NCBI RefSeq assembly: GCF_006345805.1
Contig: NC_043003.1
Location: 30,504,001 to 30,568,000, forward strand
Origin: Octopus sinensis
Taxonomy: Eukaryota
Length of the DNA: 64,000 bases
Reading direction: 5' to 3'
Made by a program: the position numbers and the translations under genes
Notes under the pieces: model-generated
Databases searched by the model: none
Seen by the model: the letters and a program-made list of their open reading frames with translations, nothing else
Told to the model about the DNA's origin: nothing
In this document: in pieces, positions 26,290 through 37,519 of the stretch
How positions within the stretch are numbered: the first letter of the stretch is position 1
Layout of the letters: every line of letters starts with the position of its first letter

Positions 26290-26880
26290 TATCTAGCAGA
26301 GCATGCAAGCTTCATTTCTTTCTAGTTTCACAACCACATTGCATTGCTGTTCATACACAAATGTCATACAATCTACCTTTCACTCTAAGAAGTATTCTGT
26401 TACCAACAAAGGTAATAGTTCTCTAAATTTTCTTTAATCAATTCTATTCTAACAACTATACTTTCAGTATACCACCCATCCAACTAATAATTATGTCTCC
26501 TATGTAACAGAAACTATTCATAGCCCCTAAGGACCTTCTTGGACATTTCAGAAAATCTATTTCCTAAGTGCTCTTAACATTTATTGAACCTAAGTATCTG
26601 TCACAAAATCAACATTCCTGTGATTCCACTCCACCTCTTATGTATTCAGTTTGCACTGAAAATACTTGGGAATTTCTACCAACACCTCTTTTACATTAAG
26701 CACAGCCATTTATCTGAAGGTATTAGTGTCCTGTCTTTTCTTTCTTACTAGAGCTTTGGTCTTTGCTAAGTTAACTTTAAGGTCCTAAGGTTCCAGGCTT
26801 TGCTTCCAAACTTGGAATTTGCTTTCTGATTCTACTACAGTTTTAGCTATAAGAACAAGATCATCAACATGGACAGCTAT
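26290..26880 (-). mobile_element. Highly decayed RTE fragment
   Basis: DDLVLIA..KFQVWKQSLE remnant homologous to the other RTE copies. Confidence 0.65.
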
Positions 26881-28158
26881 TCTTAAATTCCTGTTATGAC
26901 CTGGAGGGCTATGATAAATAAGCTCAAGAAAGAAAAGGTGAGAAGTGGTAACATAGGCAGGGAGAACAGCAGTATAATAAACCAGTAGGTAGATCAGAAA
27001 ATGTGTAGATGATGAGCAGGGTGGGAAAGAAGGGGACAAGAGAGAGAAGGCAAAAAAAGATGTCAAAGGTACTTAAAAGTAGCTATAGTGAATGTGAGAC
27101 AATGGTGAGTGAGGATGTCAATGACAGATATGCCAGGGTAAAGAAAACGAGAGCAGATAAAAGAGATTGTTAAAGATAAGATAATGGCACTCCTAAAATA
27201 TATCTTAAGCAGGGACAAAAGAGGATGACTTATAGAAAATAGAATGGGAAGAGATAGTGCTGGGACAAGAGATGGATTTTAAAAGGAAGTGGTTTCCGGG
27301 ATTTAACTGGTAGTATTGAGGGAATGAGATAAGTGCATATTCTGCTGTCATGATTATAGCAACTGAAGAGTGGAGAGGTGGATGTTAGAAAAATGAAGAG
27401 TGGAAATAGGCTTGAAAGGGACAGATTAGATGTAGGACCCATTGATATACACACACACACACATATATAAATGGTTTGGTTTTGGGTTCAGTCCCACTGC
27501 GTGGCACTTTGAGCAGGTGTCTTCCACTATAGCCCCGAGTTGACCGAAGCTTTGTGATTGAATTCAGTAGGCGGAAGTTACTGCCGTGTGTGTATAGCTG
27601 CTCAGTGCCTCTCTGAAAGAGAGAGAGGGATGTATGTATGTATATATATATACATATACACACACACACACAAGTGAGCAGACTGGTACTTCAAGTTTCA
27701 AGCATGATGCTATGGAATTAGAAAAAAGATGTTGATGGAGGAGAGTGAGTATTCACTGGTGGGCGTTAGCCTGCAATTAGTCAAGAAAGGTCACATAGTA
27801 TCACAGTTTGATGTTGGTATTTCTGCCACATTTGAAAACCCCACATGGTGAACAGGAAATCAGCTACAAAGTTGGTGAGGAAGGAAAGTAAGGAGTGGCA
27901 GATATGCAAGTATAAAAGTATGTGTGTGTATTTTGCTATATATCTGTGTGTGTGGCTGCATTCATGTGAGTGTGCATGGGTGTATATTCATGTGCTTAGA
28001 CATCTTTGCATGTGATGTGAGTGCATGTGCACACACAAACAGCAACTCTCCTCCATCAATATCTTATTCTAATTCCAATGAGTGAAGACTAGCATCAAGC
28101 TTGAAACTTGAAGTACCAAGGAATTCGAATCAAACAGTTTGATCCATACATATGTGTT

Positions 28159-28160
<2 letters not shown>

Positions 28161-28208
<48 letters not shown>
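28161..28208. repeat. (TA)n microsatellite
   Basis: Directly visible. Confidence 0.95.
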
Positions 28209-28209
<1 letters not shown>

Positions 28210-28877
28210 TGTAGATCCCGCTTTATAAATCCACCTGCTTAATGCATCCAAAATGGGTTGGGACAGAATTTTTACACATAAAAATCTCTTGTTTAATAAA
28301 CCCAGTTGTTGCTTCTTCCTAAAGTGTCAACATGTGACAGCAAATGAATGAAGTGTTTTTTCTCACTCTTAAATACTGACAGTAGGCTCCAGCTGTACAT
28401 GCCATCATCCAAAAATAGATCAATAAATATGTAGTGTCTGTTGTGGCATGGTTTCTATGGTTAGACACCCTTCCTAATGCCAACCACTACACAGAGGGTG
28501 CTTCTTACATACCACCAGCATGACTGTGCTTACACAGCACTGGCGTCTGTAAAGGACAAGTCCGTATATATGGAAGACTGATTTTACTTAACAAATATTT
28601 CTATATAACTATGAATCATGTAACTTAATTTCTAATAGTTGTGTAGTTAAAAATTTCATCTGGCAACCTTCTGGTTTTGATCCCATTGTGCACCACTCTT
28701 ATAATGTACTATCTTCTTTTGTAGTCACAGGTTGACTAGACACTTCTGACTGGAAGTTTGATGATTGAAACTGTGTAGAAACTCATCATACAAGCGTGTG
28801 TGTATGTGTAAATTTATGAGGTATTTAAGTACTCTAGAGGATGTAACTCATAAGTGAACAGAGAATGATGACATTAA

Positions 28878-29950
28878 CCCTTTCGTTACCAAACCGCCCA
28901 AAGCCGCCCGAAAAAAATTTTGGTTAATGTGACCAAACCGCCCAAATTTACCTATTCATATTTAAATGAGAATATCAGAGCAAATCTCTTTAGTACATTC
29001 GTGAAAACACGTATTATACTATATAAACAGTTCAACTACAGTTTTGTACAATAATCGAAGTGTAATTTTAATTCCGTGAATTTTGAGAGATTTTTTTCCG
29101 AAATTTGTTCCTATTGTGTTTTCAAAATTTGTAATTCTGACAAAAAATGGATACGAATTTCATTATATCAAGCAGCGAGTCAGAATTCGAAGGATTTTCT
29201 ACTGAAGACCTTCATAAATCTAACTCTATGACTGAAAAAAAAAAGCACATGGTATTTGATAATGAATCTGATGTTTCATTTTCCGAAAGTGAAAACAGTG
29301 AATCCAAGAGCTCCGACAGCGATAAAGAAAACGAATTGGCACCTGAATGGAGTGAAAATTTAAAAACTATTTCTTTCGGTGATTTTTCTGAAGAAACTGG
29401 ACCAAGCCACAGACTTTCCCAGAGGAGTAAAGCCTTAGACTATTTCTTTTTACTTTTTCGAATGAGCCTATTTGAAATCATTACGGCGAAAACGAACCGT
29501 TACGCTAAACGTAAACAAAGCAAAAGAAACGATAGTTTGTGGTTTCCCATAACCTTAAATGAAATTAAGACTATTTTGCCGTAAATATTATTATGGGTAT
29601 CAGAAAGTTACCCAGAATAATAAATTCTATCGTAAAATTTTGTTGTATACCCAATTGAATATTAGCTAATAACCCATTTTCTATAGCGATGTTTGAACAA
29701 AATTTTAATTTTATATTTTGTTGAATTTACCTGTATCTACCTGCAATTAGAGTCACTTTGTGACAAAAATTATAGTATAGAATTGGTTGAGAATATTTCA
29801 TTAAATTATCTTCCAAAAATCAGATTAATATATTGATAAATAAAAAAGTTATAGTTGTTTAATGAAACCAGACTAAATTTATGATTACGTTAGAAATTAA
29901 TTGAAACACATAAGGGGTGTATTTTGGTCAGAAATATAGTAACGAAAGGG
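28878..29950 (+). mobile_element. Internally deleted piggyBac element retaining the transposase N-terminus
   Basis: TTAA 28874-28877 and 29951-29954 flank the perfect 12-bp TIR CCCTTTCGTTAC. ORF 29147-29584 has an acidic N-terminus then LDYFFLLF..LFEII..TNRYA..W.P.T..EIK, typical of PGBD transposases. Confidence 0.9.
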
Positions 29951-30440
29951 TTAATACCAGACTAAATACTAAAGCTGATATAACTGACAAAAAACTCTTG
30001 GAAGCAGTGTCCCAGTACAGCCAGTCCAATAATTCAAACGACTAAAGGAATTCATTATGTTTCTCTGCAAGAAATTCACAGCCAGGTATAAAAAGGGTTC
30101 CCTAACCTGATCTAGTTGCACACAGAAGTTAACAGTAGCAGCAATAAAATGTTCAAGAAAATTGTAGTTTGAAATCTCAGTCATAAAGACATGTAATATG
30201 ATCTTAGATAAAATGCCCGAATAGAATTAGTGATATTAAAGTGTTGAGAATGACAATGATTGTGGTGTAGTAAAATACATAACATTGATATAAATAAACA
30301 GATTTATTTATTATAAAATATATTATTACTTTAAAAAAATATGGCACCACATATCATATAGCTTTGGATTATCTTCAGTGTGGATATGTTAGCATTTAGT
30401 TGAATAACTTTTAGAAAATGTTTTCAAAGATATCACAGTG

Positions 30441-31523
30441 CTACGATGGTCTTGCTCCTGTGTGAATACGTATGTGGGAAGACAAACGACCCCTTGAAGA
30501 AAATGTTTCATCACAGATATCACAGTGGTATGGTTTTTCTCCAGTGTGGACACGTTTATGTCGAGTTAAATTACGATTTGTAGAAAAGGATTTACCACAA
30601 ATATCACAATGGTATGGTCTCTCTCCTGTATGAATAGGTTTATGTTGAGATAAACTAGCATTCTGAGTAAATGTTTTACCACAGATATCACAATGGTAGG
30701 GTCTTTCTCCTGTGTGTGTACGTTTGTGGGTAGACAAATGACTACTTGTAGAAAATTTTTTATCACAAATATCACACTGGTATGGTTTCTCACCAGTGTG
30801 AATACGTTTATGTTTAGATAAACCACTGCTTCGAGAAAATGTTGTACCACAGATATCACAGTGGTATAGTCGTCCTCCTAGGTGAATATGTTTATGCAAA
30901 GACAAATCAGCACTTTTGGAAAATATCTTACCACAGATATCACAATGGTATGGCCTTCCTCCTGTGTGAATATGCTTGTGAGAAGACAAAGCATCCCTCC
31001 TAGAAAATGTTTTACCACAATGAACACACTGGTATGGACTTTCGCCAGTGTGGATACGTTTGTGGTTATTCAAATGACCACTTCTAGAAAATGTTTCACC
31101 GCAGACCTCACAGTGAAATGGTCTTTCTCCTGTGTGGATAAATTTGTGAAAAGACAACTGACCACTTCTAGAAAATGTTTTACCACAGATATCACATTGA
31201 TGTGGTCTTTTCCCAATTTGAATACAAACATGGGAAGACAAATGGTCTTTTGTAGAAAATGTTTCATCACAGATATAACACTGGTATAGTTTCTCTACTG
31301 TGTGCATTTGTTTGTGGTTTGTTAGTAAACTGTTGCTGCTGAATCTTTTTCCACAAACCTCACATTGGTTCAGCTGGGATACTGAGTGGATTAATTTATG
31401 TTGAATTAAATTCGTTTTTGTGTATAATTTTCCACATATATCACATGGGTGTAATTCCTCTTCTGTATTTTCCTGTGTATCAGTAGATGAATCAACAGTT
31501 ACTCGTTCTGCTTTCTTAGCCAT
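30441..31523 (-). CDS. C2H2 zinc-finger protein B, 360 aa, 12 fingers (one C2HC); close paralogue of A
   Basis: Intact ORF that aligns finger-by-finger with 16265-17422. Confidence 0.95.
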   Translation of the reverse strand: MAKKAERVTVDSSTDTQENTEEELHPCDICGKLYTKTNLIQHKLIHSVSQLNQCEVCGKRFSSNSLLTNHKQMHTVEKLYQCYICDETFSTKDHLSSHVCIQIGKRPHQCDICGKTFSRSGQLSFHKFIHTGERPFHCEVCGETFSRSGHLNNHKRIHTGESPYQCVHCGKTFSRRDALSSHKHIHTGGRPYHCDICGKIFSKSADLSLHKHIHLGGRLYHCDICGTTFSRSSGLSKHKRIHTGEKPYQCDICDKKFSTSSHLSTHKRTHTGERPYHCDICGKTFTQNASLSQHKPIHTGERPYHCDICGKSFSTNRNLTRHKRVHTGEKPYHCDICDETFSSRGRLSSHIRIHTGARPS

Positions 31524-31896
31524 AACTATATTTTAGTCTATATTTTCCTGTTTGCTGGTATTTCCTAAGCACTGATGATGTTTTGGCTAGTCAGAAAAAA
31601 AAACAACTTCAAATGGTTTTATAGAGATAAAATTTTGTAATTAATACCCAACTAAAAGATCATTATAATCATTATAATAGTTCCAATTATCGAATGCTTT
31701 GAATATCTTACTGGTTTAATTGTACAGAAAATATTCCCGTAAACATTGGTGTATTTTTGCAAATAGTTTCATTTTCAAGGAAATACTGGACCAAGAGTTG
31801 TAAGAGGCTGACTTCAGCTTGATGAAATTACATCTAGTCTTCAAAGGTTGATTAAGATGTAGATAATTTTCAATTAAATTTTTTTTTAATCACAGT

Positions 31897-31928
31897 GTCA
31901 TCAGATAACCTGAAATAAAAAGACAACA
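31897..31928 (-). promoter_or_regulatory. Splice acceptor of the coding exon of gene B
   Basis: Minus strand reads gtctttttatttCAG|GTTATCTGATGAC; the exon starts at 31909. Confidence 0.75.
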
Positions 31929-32195
31929 TAAGACATAAGGATCCACACAATGTTAACATGAACAATATTGGAGAGAGAAAGCTTTACCATAGTGTGAATG
32001 AAGACACACTTGGACACTATGTTGAGCTGTAGAGAATAGCTATAGTTATATATTCTACCTACTACAAGCAAATAATATCTACAATGGTAGATGCACAATA
32101 AGGTACTATGCTTAGCCCAACTTTAGTTCTCTCTTTATCCAGATATATCTCAATCAATTCTTGAAGATAAAATTTGTCTTATATTAGACCTAACC

Positions 32196-32583
32196 TTTTA
32201 CTTGCTTCAGTTATTGGATTGCGACCATGCTGGGCACTGCCTTGAAGGTTTTTAGTTGAATGAATTGACCCCCAATACCTTTTTTATTAAGCTTGGTACT
32301 TATGCTGTCAGTCTTATGCAAAACTGCTAAGTTATACAGATATAAACAAACTAACACCAGATGTCAAGTGGTGCAGGGGGAAAAACACATATATTATATT
32401 CAGACGGGAACTGAAACAAACTCATCATATATATGATGGGCTTCCTTCAGTTTCTATCAATCAAATCCACTCACAAGTCTTTGGTTGGCTATAGAATATA
32501 CTTACCCATGGTGCCATGCAGTGGGACTGACCCAGAAGTATGTGGTTGGGAAATAAGCTTACCAAATAACCACTTCTGTGCCT
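32196..32583 (-). mobile_element. SINE (family 1)
   Basis: Reverse complement of 13844-14241 over most of its length. Confidence 0.75.
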
Positions 32584-33239
32584 ATAAGAGTTCAAACATG
32601 AAAAGGTGACACTATATTTACCAACTATTAAAGTCTTGTCACAGAATCCTATGAAAAACTGTTCAGATATTATTCAATACTTTCATTTAAAAAGTATTGA
32701 ATAATTAAAGTATCATCCAACTGCATTTCAACACTATACTAACCTAGCTCATCATCAATGTGATAACTTCTATGACAGCTTATCTCCAAAATACTAATAC
32801 CAGTGAATACCATCCACACACAATCAACACCAATAAGCCCTTCACAAGAGATCACAAGTGTTTCAACTATCCATAACATCAACTGTATTATTTCTGCATT
32901 ACTATTAACCTCATTACATTTGCAAGACATGGTTCTAGATATGACATTATGTACTTGCTGAAACTCAATTACATTATCCCAATCGATATTATTGCATTGA
33001 GTCAAAAGTTTAGCAATGCTTTGGTAACTTGTTTCTTTTATTCAAGTTACAACAAAAGCAGCATTCAAAATAGTTGCACTGTCTGAAGCCATCTTTGTGC
33101 TAGTTCTTTGATCCCATGCTAATACTAGTTCCTACCCTTTGAGGTGAAGTAATTCTTCACTGAAGCTTCCAACTCCTCTTGTTAGATGAGCGCAGGAAGT
33201 GAGCAATGGATCAGAACAAGTAATAATCTGATGGAGATA

Positions 33240-33660
33240 TTTTCCACAATCCTATCATGTATAAGCAGTGGTTAAACAAAGGCCAGCTCCTGGAACCTAT
33301 TGCCAAACACAGGCGTTTTGAACTATTGGTTCCAACCCGTACTCTGAATAACTGGAGTCATTGTGTGGAAAAATACCTGGTATTGGTTAACAGAAAGCGA
33401 GCGCTTCTGCAGCAACACCTTGTATCGCTGGAAAGGCCCAAAATAAACTCCAGGAACTTGAACGCACTGAACTGATGCCACACCCAGCATATAGTCCGAA
33501 CTTAACTCCCTCAGATTATTATTTTCAGTGAAGGACTCCTCGAAGGATCACAGAACTGGCAGAAAAATAAAGCAAACAAGTTACCAAAACATTGCAAAAC
33601 TCATGACTCAACATAATAACACAATAATTGTCAATATGAAATCCAAAGGTGTAATTAAAA
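33240..33660 (+). mobile_element. Mariner transposase remnant
   Basis: LVNRKRALLQQ followed by LMPHPAYSPNLTPSDYYF (~33470-33525), matching the mariner YSPDLAPSDY motif. Confidence 0.75.
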
Positions 33661-33878
33661 ATAAATATTAAAGACGTTTACGTTTATCGAATAAATAATA
33701 AAGTACGAGCATATTTGATAACGGCGACCTTGGTACTCGTCTGGTACTTTATTTTATCGACTCCAGAAGAATGAATGACAACGTTGACTTCGATGGGATA
33801 TCAATGCTGAACGCAATCTTTACTTTCCAATGATTATGCAATCATAAATGACTAGAAATATATAGTAATAAATGTCTT

Positions 33879-34566
33879 GGCGCTTGTTTAGAAGCACAGC
33901 TAAGAAAATGACACCTAATTTCTAAAAAAAAAAAATGAAAATGGGAAATATATCCAAAATAAATGAAGTATACAAAAAATTAGGAAGATTCATCTATTTT
34001 TAAATATTTTATACTAAAAAAGAAAACACGGAAAACAGGCACTCGCGAATATAAACAAACATGTCAGACGCTGTATAAGATATTATTAATGATACGAGGG
34101 GCCCAACAATAACGTTTGCAAATTCTTGATTGTTTTAAATCAGATTTTTTTTACTGCACACACTGGTTAGGGTTAGGTGGTGTGGACTCGCTTTACCTTC
34201 GCCCATTTTATGATGTGATATTTCCCATTCAGGCACAAAATTTGACATAGTAGTATATATTAATTATAAACTGACTTTTAAGAAAAAGATTGTGAAACGG
34301 TCTTCTTACAATTGGCAGACGATATTGTCGGGCCCCTTGTATCATTAATAATATCTGACTGGTAAAAGTTATCGTCCGACATGTTTGTTTATATTCGCGA
34401 GTGCCCGTTTTCCGTATATTAATTTTTAGTATAAAATATTTTAAAATAGATGAATCTTCCAAATTTTTTGCATGCTTCATTTATTTTGGATATATTTCCC
34501 ATTTTCGTAACTTTTTAAACAAGTAAGCGTCATTTTCTTGGAGAGGTGCACTTCTAAAGAAGCGCC
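33879..34566. mobile_element. Merlin-like fold-back MITE (~245-bp arms)
   Basis: GGCGCTT/AAGCGCC termini and long inverted arms. 8-bp TSD AATGTCTT (33871-33878)/AAAGTCTT (34567-34574). Central GGTTAGGGTTAGG. Confidence 0.85.
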
Positions 34567-35561
34567 AAAGTCTTAGAGAACAGGGAATATTTAAATGGAA
34601 AAAAAAAAAAAAACTGGCAAGACTTCCTTTTGATCCCCCCCCCCTTTAAAAGTGGAAAATGAAGAAATTGAGGTGGAGTGGCAAAAATTTCAAAATTCTG
34701 ATTTTTGGGAATCTCTGTATCTGAAAAGGTGGGTTTTTGGCAAAATAAATAAATAAATAAATAAAATTTTAAAAAACGATAATTTACGAGAAAATGGGGG
34801 GTGGGGAAGGAAGTCTTTCCAAAAAAACTTTCACTTTCTGCAATTAGTGTCGTTTCTTAAAAGTCCACCTCTTCTATTCATATCTTGTCAAGCAAATAAG
34901 TGACTTTTCTTTAAAGTGTATAAATCAAACACTTTATAGCGATTTACGTCGTATAATATTTTATCATGTGACTATTAAAATAATCCATTAAAACAAAAAA
35001 AAAATTTTTTCTGTTAAAATAAAAATCAGTAACAGAAGCTCTGCATTAACCATTCTTTCTTTGCAAAGTATGCGAGCATCCATGCGAGTAACCAGCGATT
35101 AAAATTCATATTGACCACCTGAGCAAATGCACACAATTTTTAAGTGCGTATTTTTATGATCTTATTAATGAGATCATACGATGCGTTTCTTCAATGAAAG
35201 ATTTGATAGCATCTTGAAAACCTTATGCGTGCACATATTCCCAGTTCGTGTGCTAGTTGTAAAATTGTGTGTGCGCACACGCTCACAGCTGAGCAGGAAC
35301 ATTGGAGTAGGCAATTCGCAGAGGAATACGAAATAATTACATGGGGCATTAAAGAATAACAGAGATCATAAATAATAGAGAGGATCAAAGAATTTGAAAA
35401 ATATAAAATACATTTCCTGTTAACTTGATTAACTACATAGTGGCTGCGTAGAACTAAATGAAAGCGGGATCTTGCATGGAACAAAAATAGCGTAGGTGAA
35501 GAAGAAATGTAAATAATTAGAGATTTTGTATAAAAGAATGAGTAAAACCTATATGAATGAT

Positions 35562-35819
35562 ACTTACATAACAATGTAGATAAAATAATAAGAGATGTAC
35601 TGAAGCACTGAGACTTGAAATTGATGGGGACATTGATAAATTGAGCGGAACTTACACCTACTTCTTATAGTACATCTCTATTTTATTCTCGTGATTGATG
35701 AATGAAATCTTAAGTAAATTATACAAGTTAATTAATCATCACTGACATTGTAAATATATGTAAACAAAAAAGAATACATCTACATTGTTTATAGGTTTAG
35801 CGAGTGATATACCGGAAGT
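35562..35819 (-). promoter_or_regulatory. Putative promoter and non-coding exon 1 of ZNF gene B
   Basis: Canonical ETS/GABP site ACCGGAAGT 35811-35819 and donor GTAAGT(-) 35567-35562. Homologous to the A and C blocks and co-oriented with gene B. Confidence 0.7.
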
Positions 35820-37519
35820 ATAATTTAGAAGAACGTACTTCTAATCACTAAAGAGCTCAGTTACCAGTGAATTAATTTGTTTTTAGAAAATTTACTTTTT
35901 TCATTGTATCTGGGGAGAGTCATTTTCTTTTTGTGGCAGATATACGAATGAATGTAAATTCAATTTGTTTGTATATGGATATAATGCAATGGTAACTAAA
36001 ATGGGGAGGGGGTTGCATACTTCGTGGGCGCAATTACATGACAAATGAGTATTAAGGTTCTTACGAGCTAAGTCATTTTTTTTTGTACTATAAACCGCTA
36101 CTCGTTAGCATGTCAACTCGGCAATGTTCCATAATTCAGAGTTAATATAAAGATCTTTATCCGTTAAAAAAAAAAAACAGTTAACAACTGTGTAGAAAAC
36201 GAGGGGCTAATGCAGTTTCGCACCTCTCTTTGGAAAATGCACTTTTTTGAAAAAAATTCCGAATTTGTACGTTTTAGATGTCGGAGATTAGTAATATGCA
36301 AAAGAAAACTTAATTGAAATCATAATCTACTACAAAATGCATCTCTGGAAAACTTCGTTAATATACAATGCATTTTCCAGAAAGTTATGAGGAAACAAAA
36401 TCGGAGTTGGGGTAGGGACAAATCTGTTGGAATACTGGGCCCCTGATTGGATCATAAAGTAGGGTAGACATTTTACACTTATTTTTTAAATTTACGGTAG
36501 AATAGTTTTGAGGACAAGGAATCCCTACCTAGCCATTTAGTCATTCTTAATTTGGAAAATGGGTATCAGCCAAGTTGCAGTCTTATTAAGATTTCAAGCA
36601 CATCATTTTATATGCCTTTTTTGTCATACTGCCAAGTTCGCGTTTACAGAAAATAAGCTGATGTAGTGGCTACCGTAAAATAATAGTTTTTCTGTGAATG
36701 ACAGCAGTTACATTTGCCAGATGCCTTTGCTAAGCAGAATAATAATGTCTTTGCCACTTGACCCTTCTAACCTCTTCTAGATCACCAAAAGCTAGAATAG
36801 AGATAACAGCCTCCTCTGAAATCTATTCTCTGGTTGGTTTTGGATAGTTATAAAAACAAGAACTCTGTAAGCCAAAGTCAGTTAGTGAGAGCGACTGACA
36901 AGCTCAAGCGAAATATTGTCTCGACTGAAGTAACTTCACAGAGTGACAACTATGGAATTAGAAACTGAATCGTCACATAACTCTCATTTTCACTGACTCA
37001 CTTTCTTTTCTCTGTTTAATTACTATATCTCTCTCTATATATATACTACTATGAGATCATGTACAAATATACAGACCGAAATTAACTCTTTTTTTCGTCG
37101 CATGCTTTTCCATTTACTAATTATACATACCAATCCATTGTGGTTTTGGATATAAACAAAGTAACGGTAAATAAATATCTCTTTACAACTTCAATTGCCG
37201 TTCATCTTTCACATCTTACAACATGCTGTTGCAATAAATCTTTACCGTTACACTGGTACAAAATGGGAAAGGTCATACAATAGGAGAAACCAGGTTGTTT
37301 CCAAGCCCTATGACATTCCCATGTACTTCAAACAATCTATTATTTCAATGGATTGAAATTAACTTAAAGGAAAAAGAAACCTTACAAAAACTTAAGAGAA
37401 GAAACAAAACTTCTTTTTTGAGCTACTTATGACATTTATTTTTACAATATGGAATCATAACAACTGCCGAGAACAAGTCCATGATCTAGCACTTTCATAA
37501 GTATATAGATTTGAAAGTT

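Noticed and set aside
30408-30443. A-to-I recoding of the TAG stop in gene B to extend the finger array
   Set aside because: Read-through would add only about 9 codons before another stop and would not complete a finger.
34165-34177. GGTTAGGGTTAGG telomere-like motif
   Set aside because: Only two units, and internal to a MITE.
36491-36679. 10-bp inverted repeat TTTACGGTAG/CTACCGTAAA
   Set aside because: Probably part of a DNA element, but too short and without a clear TSD to call.
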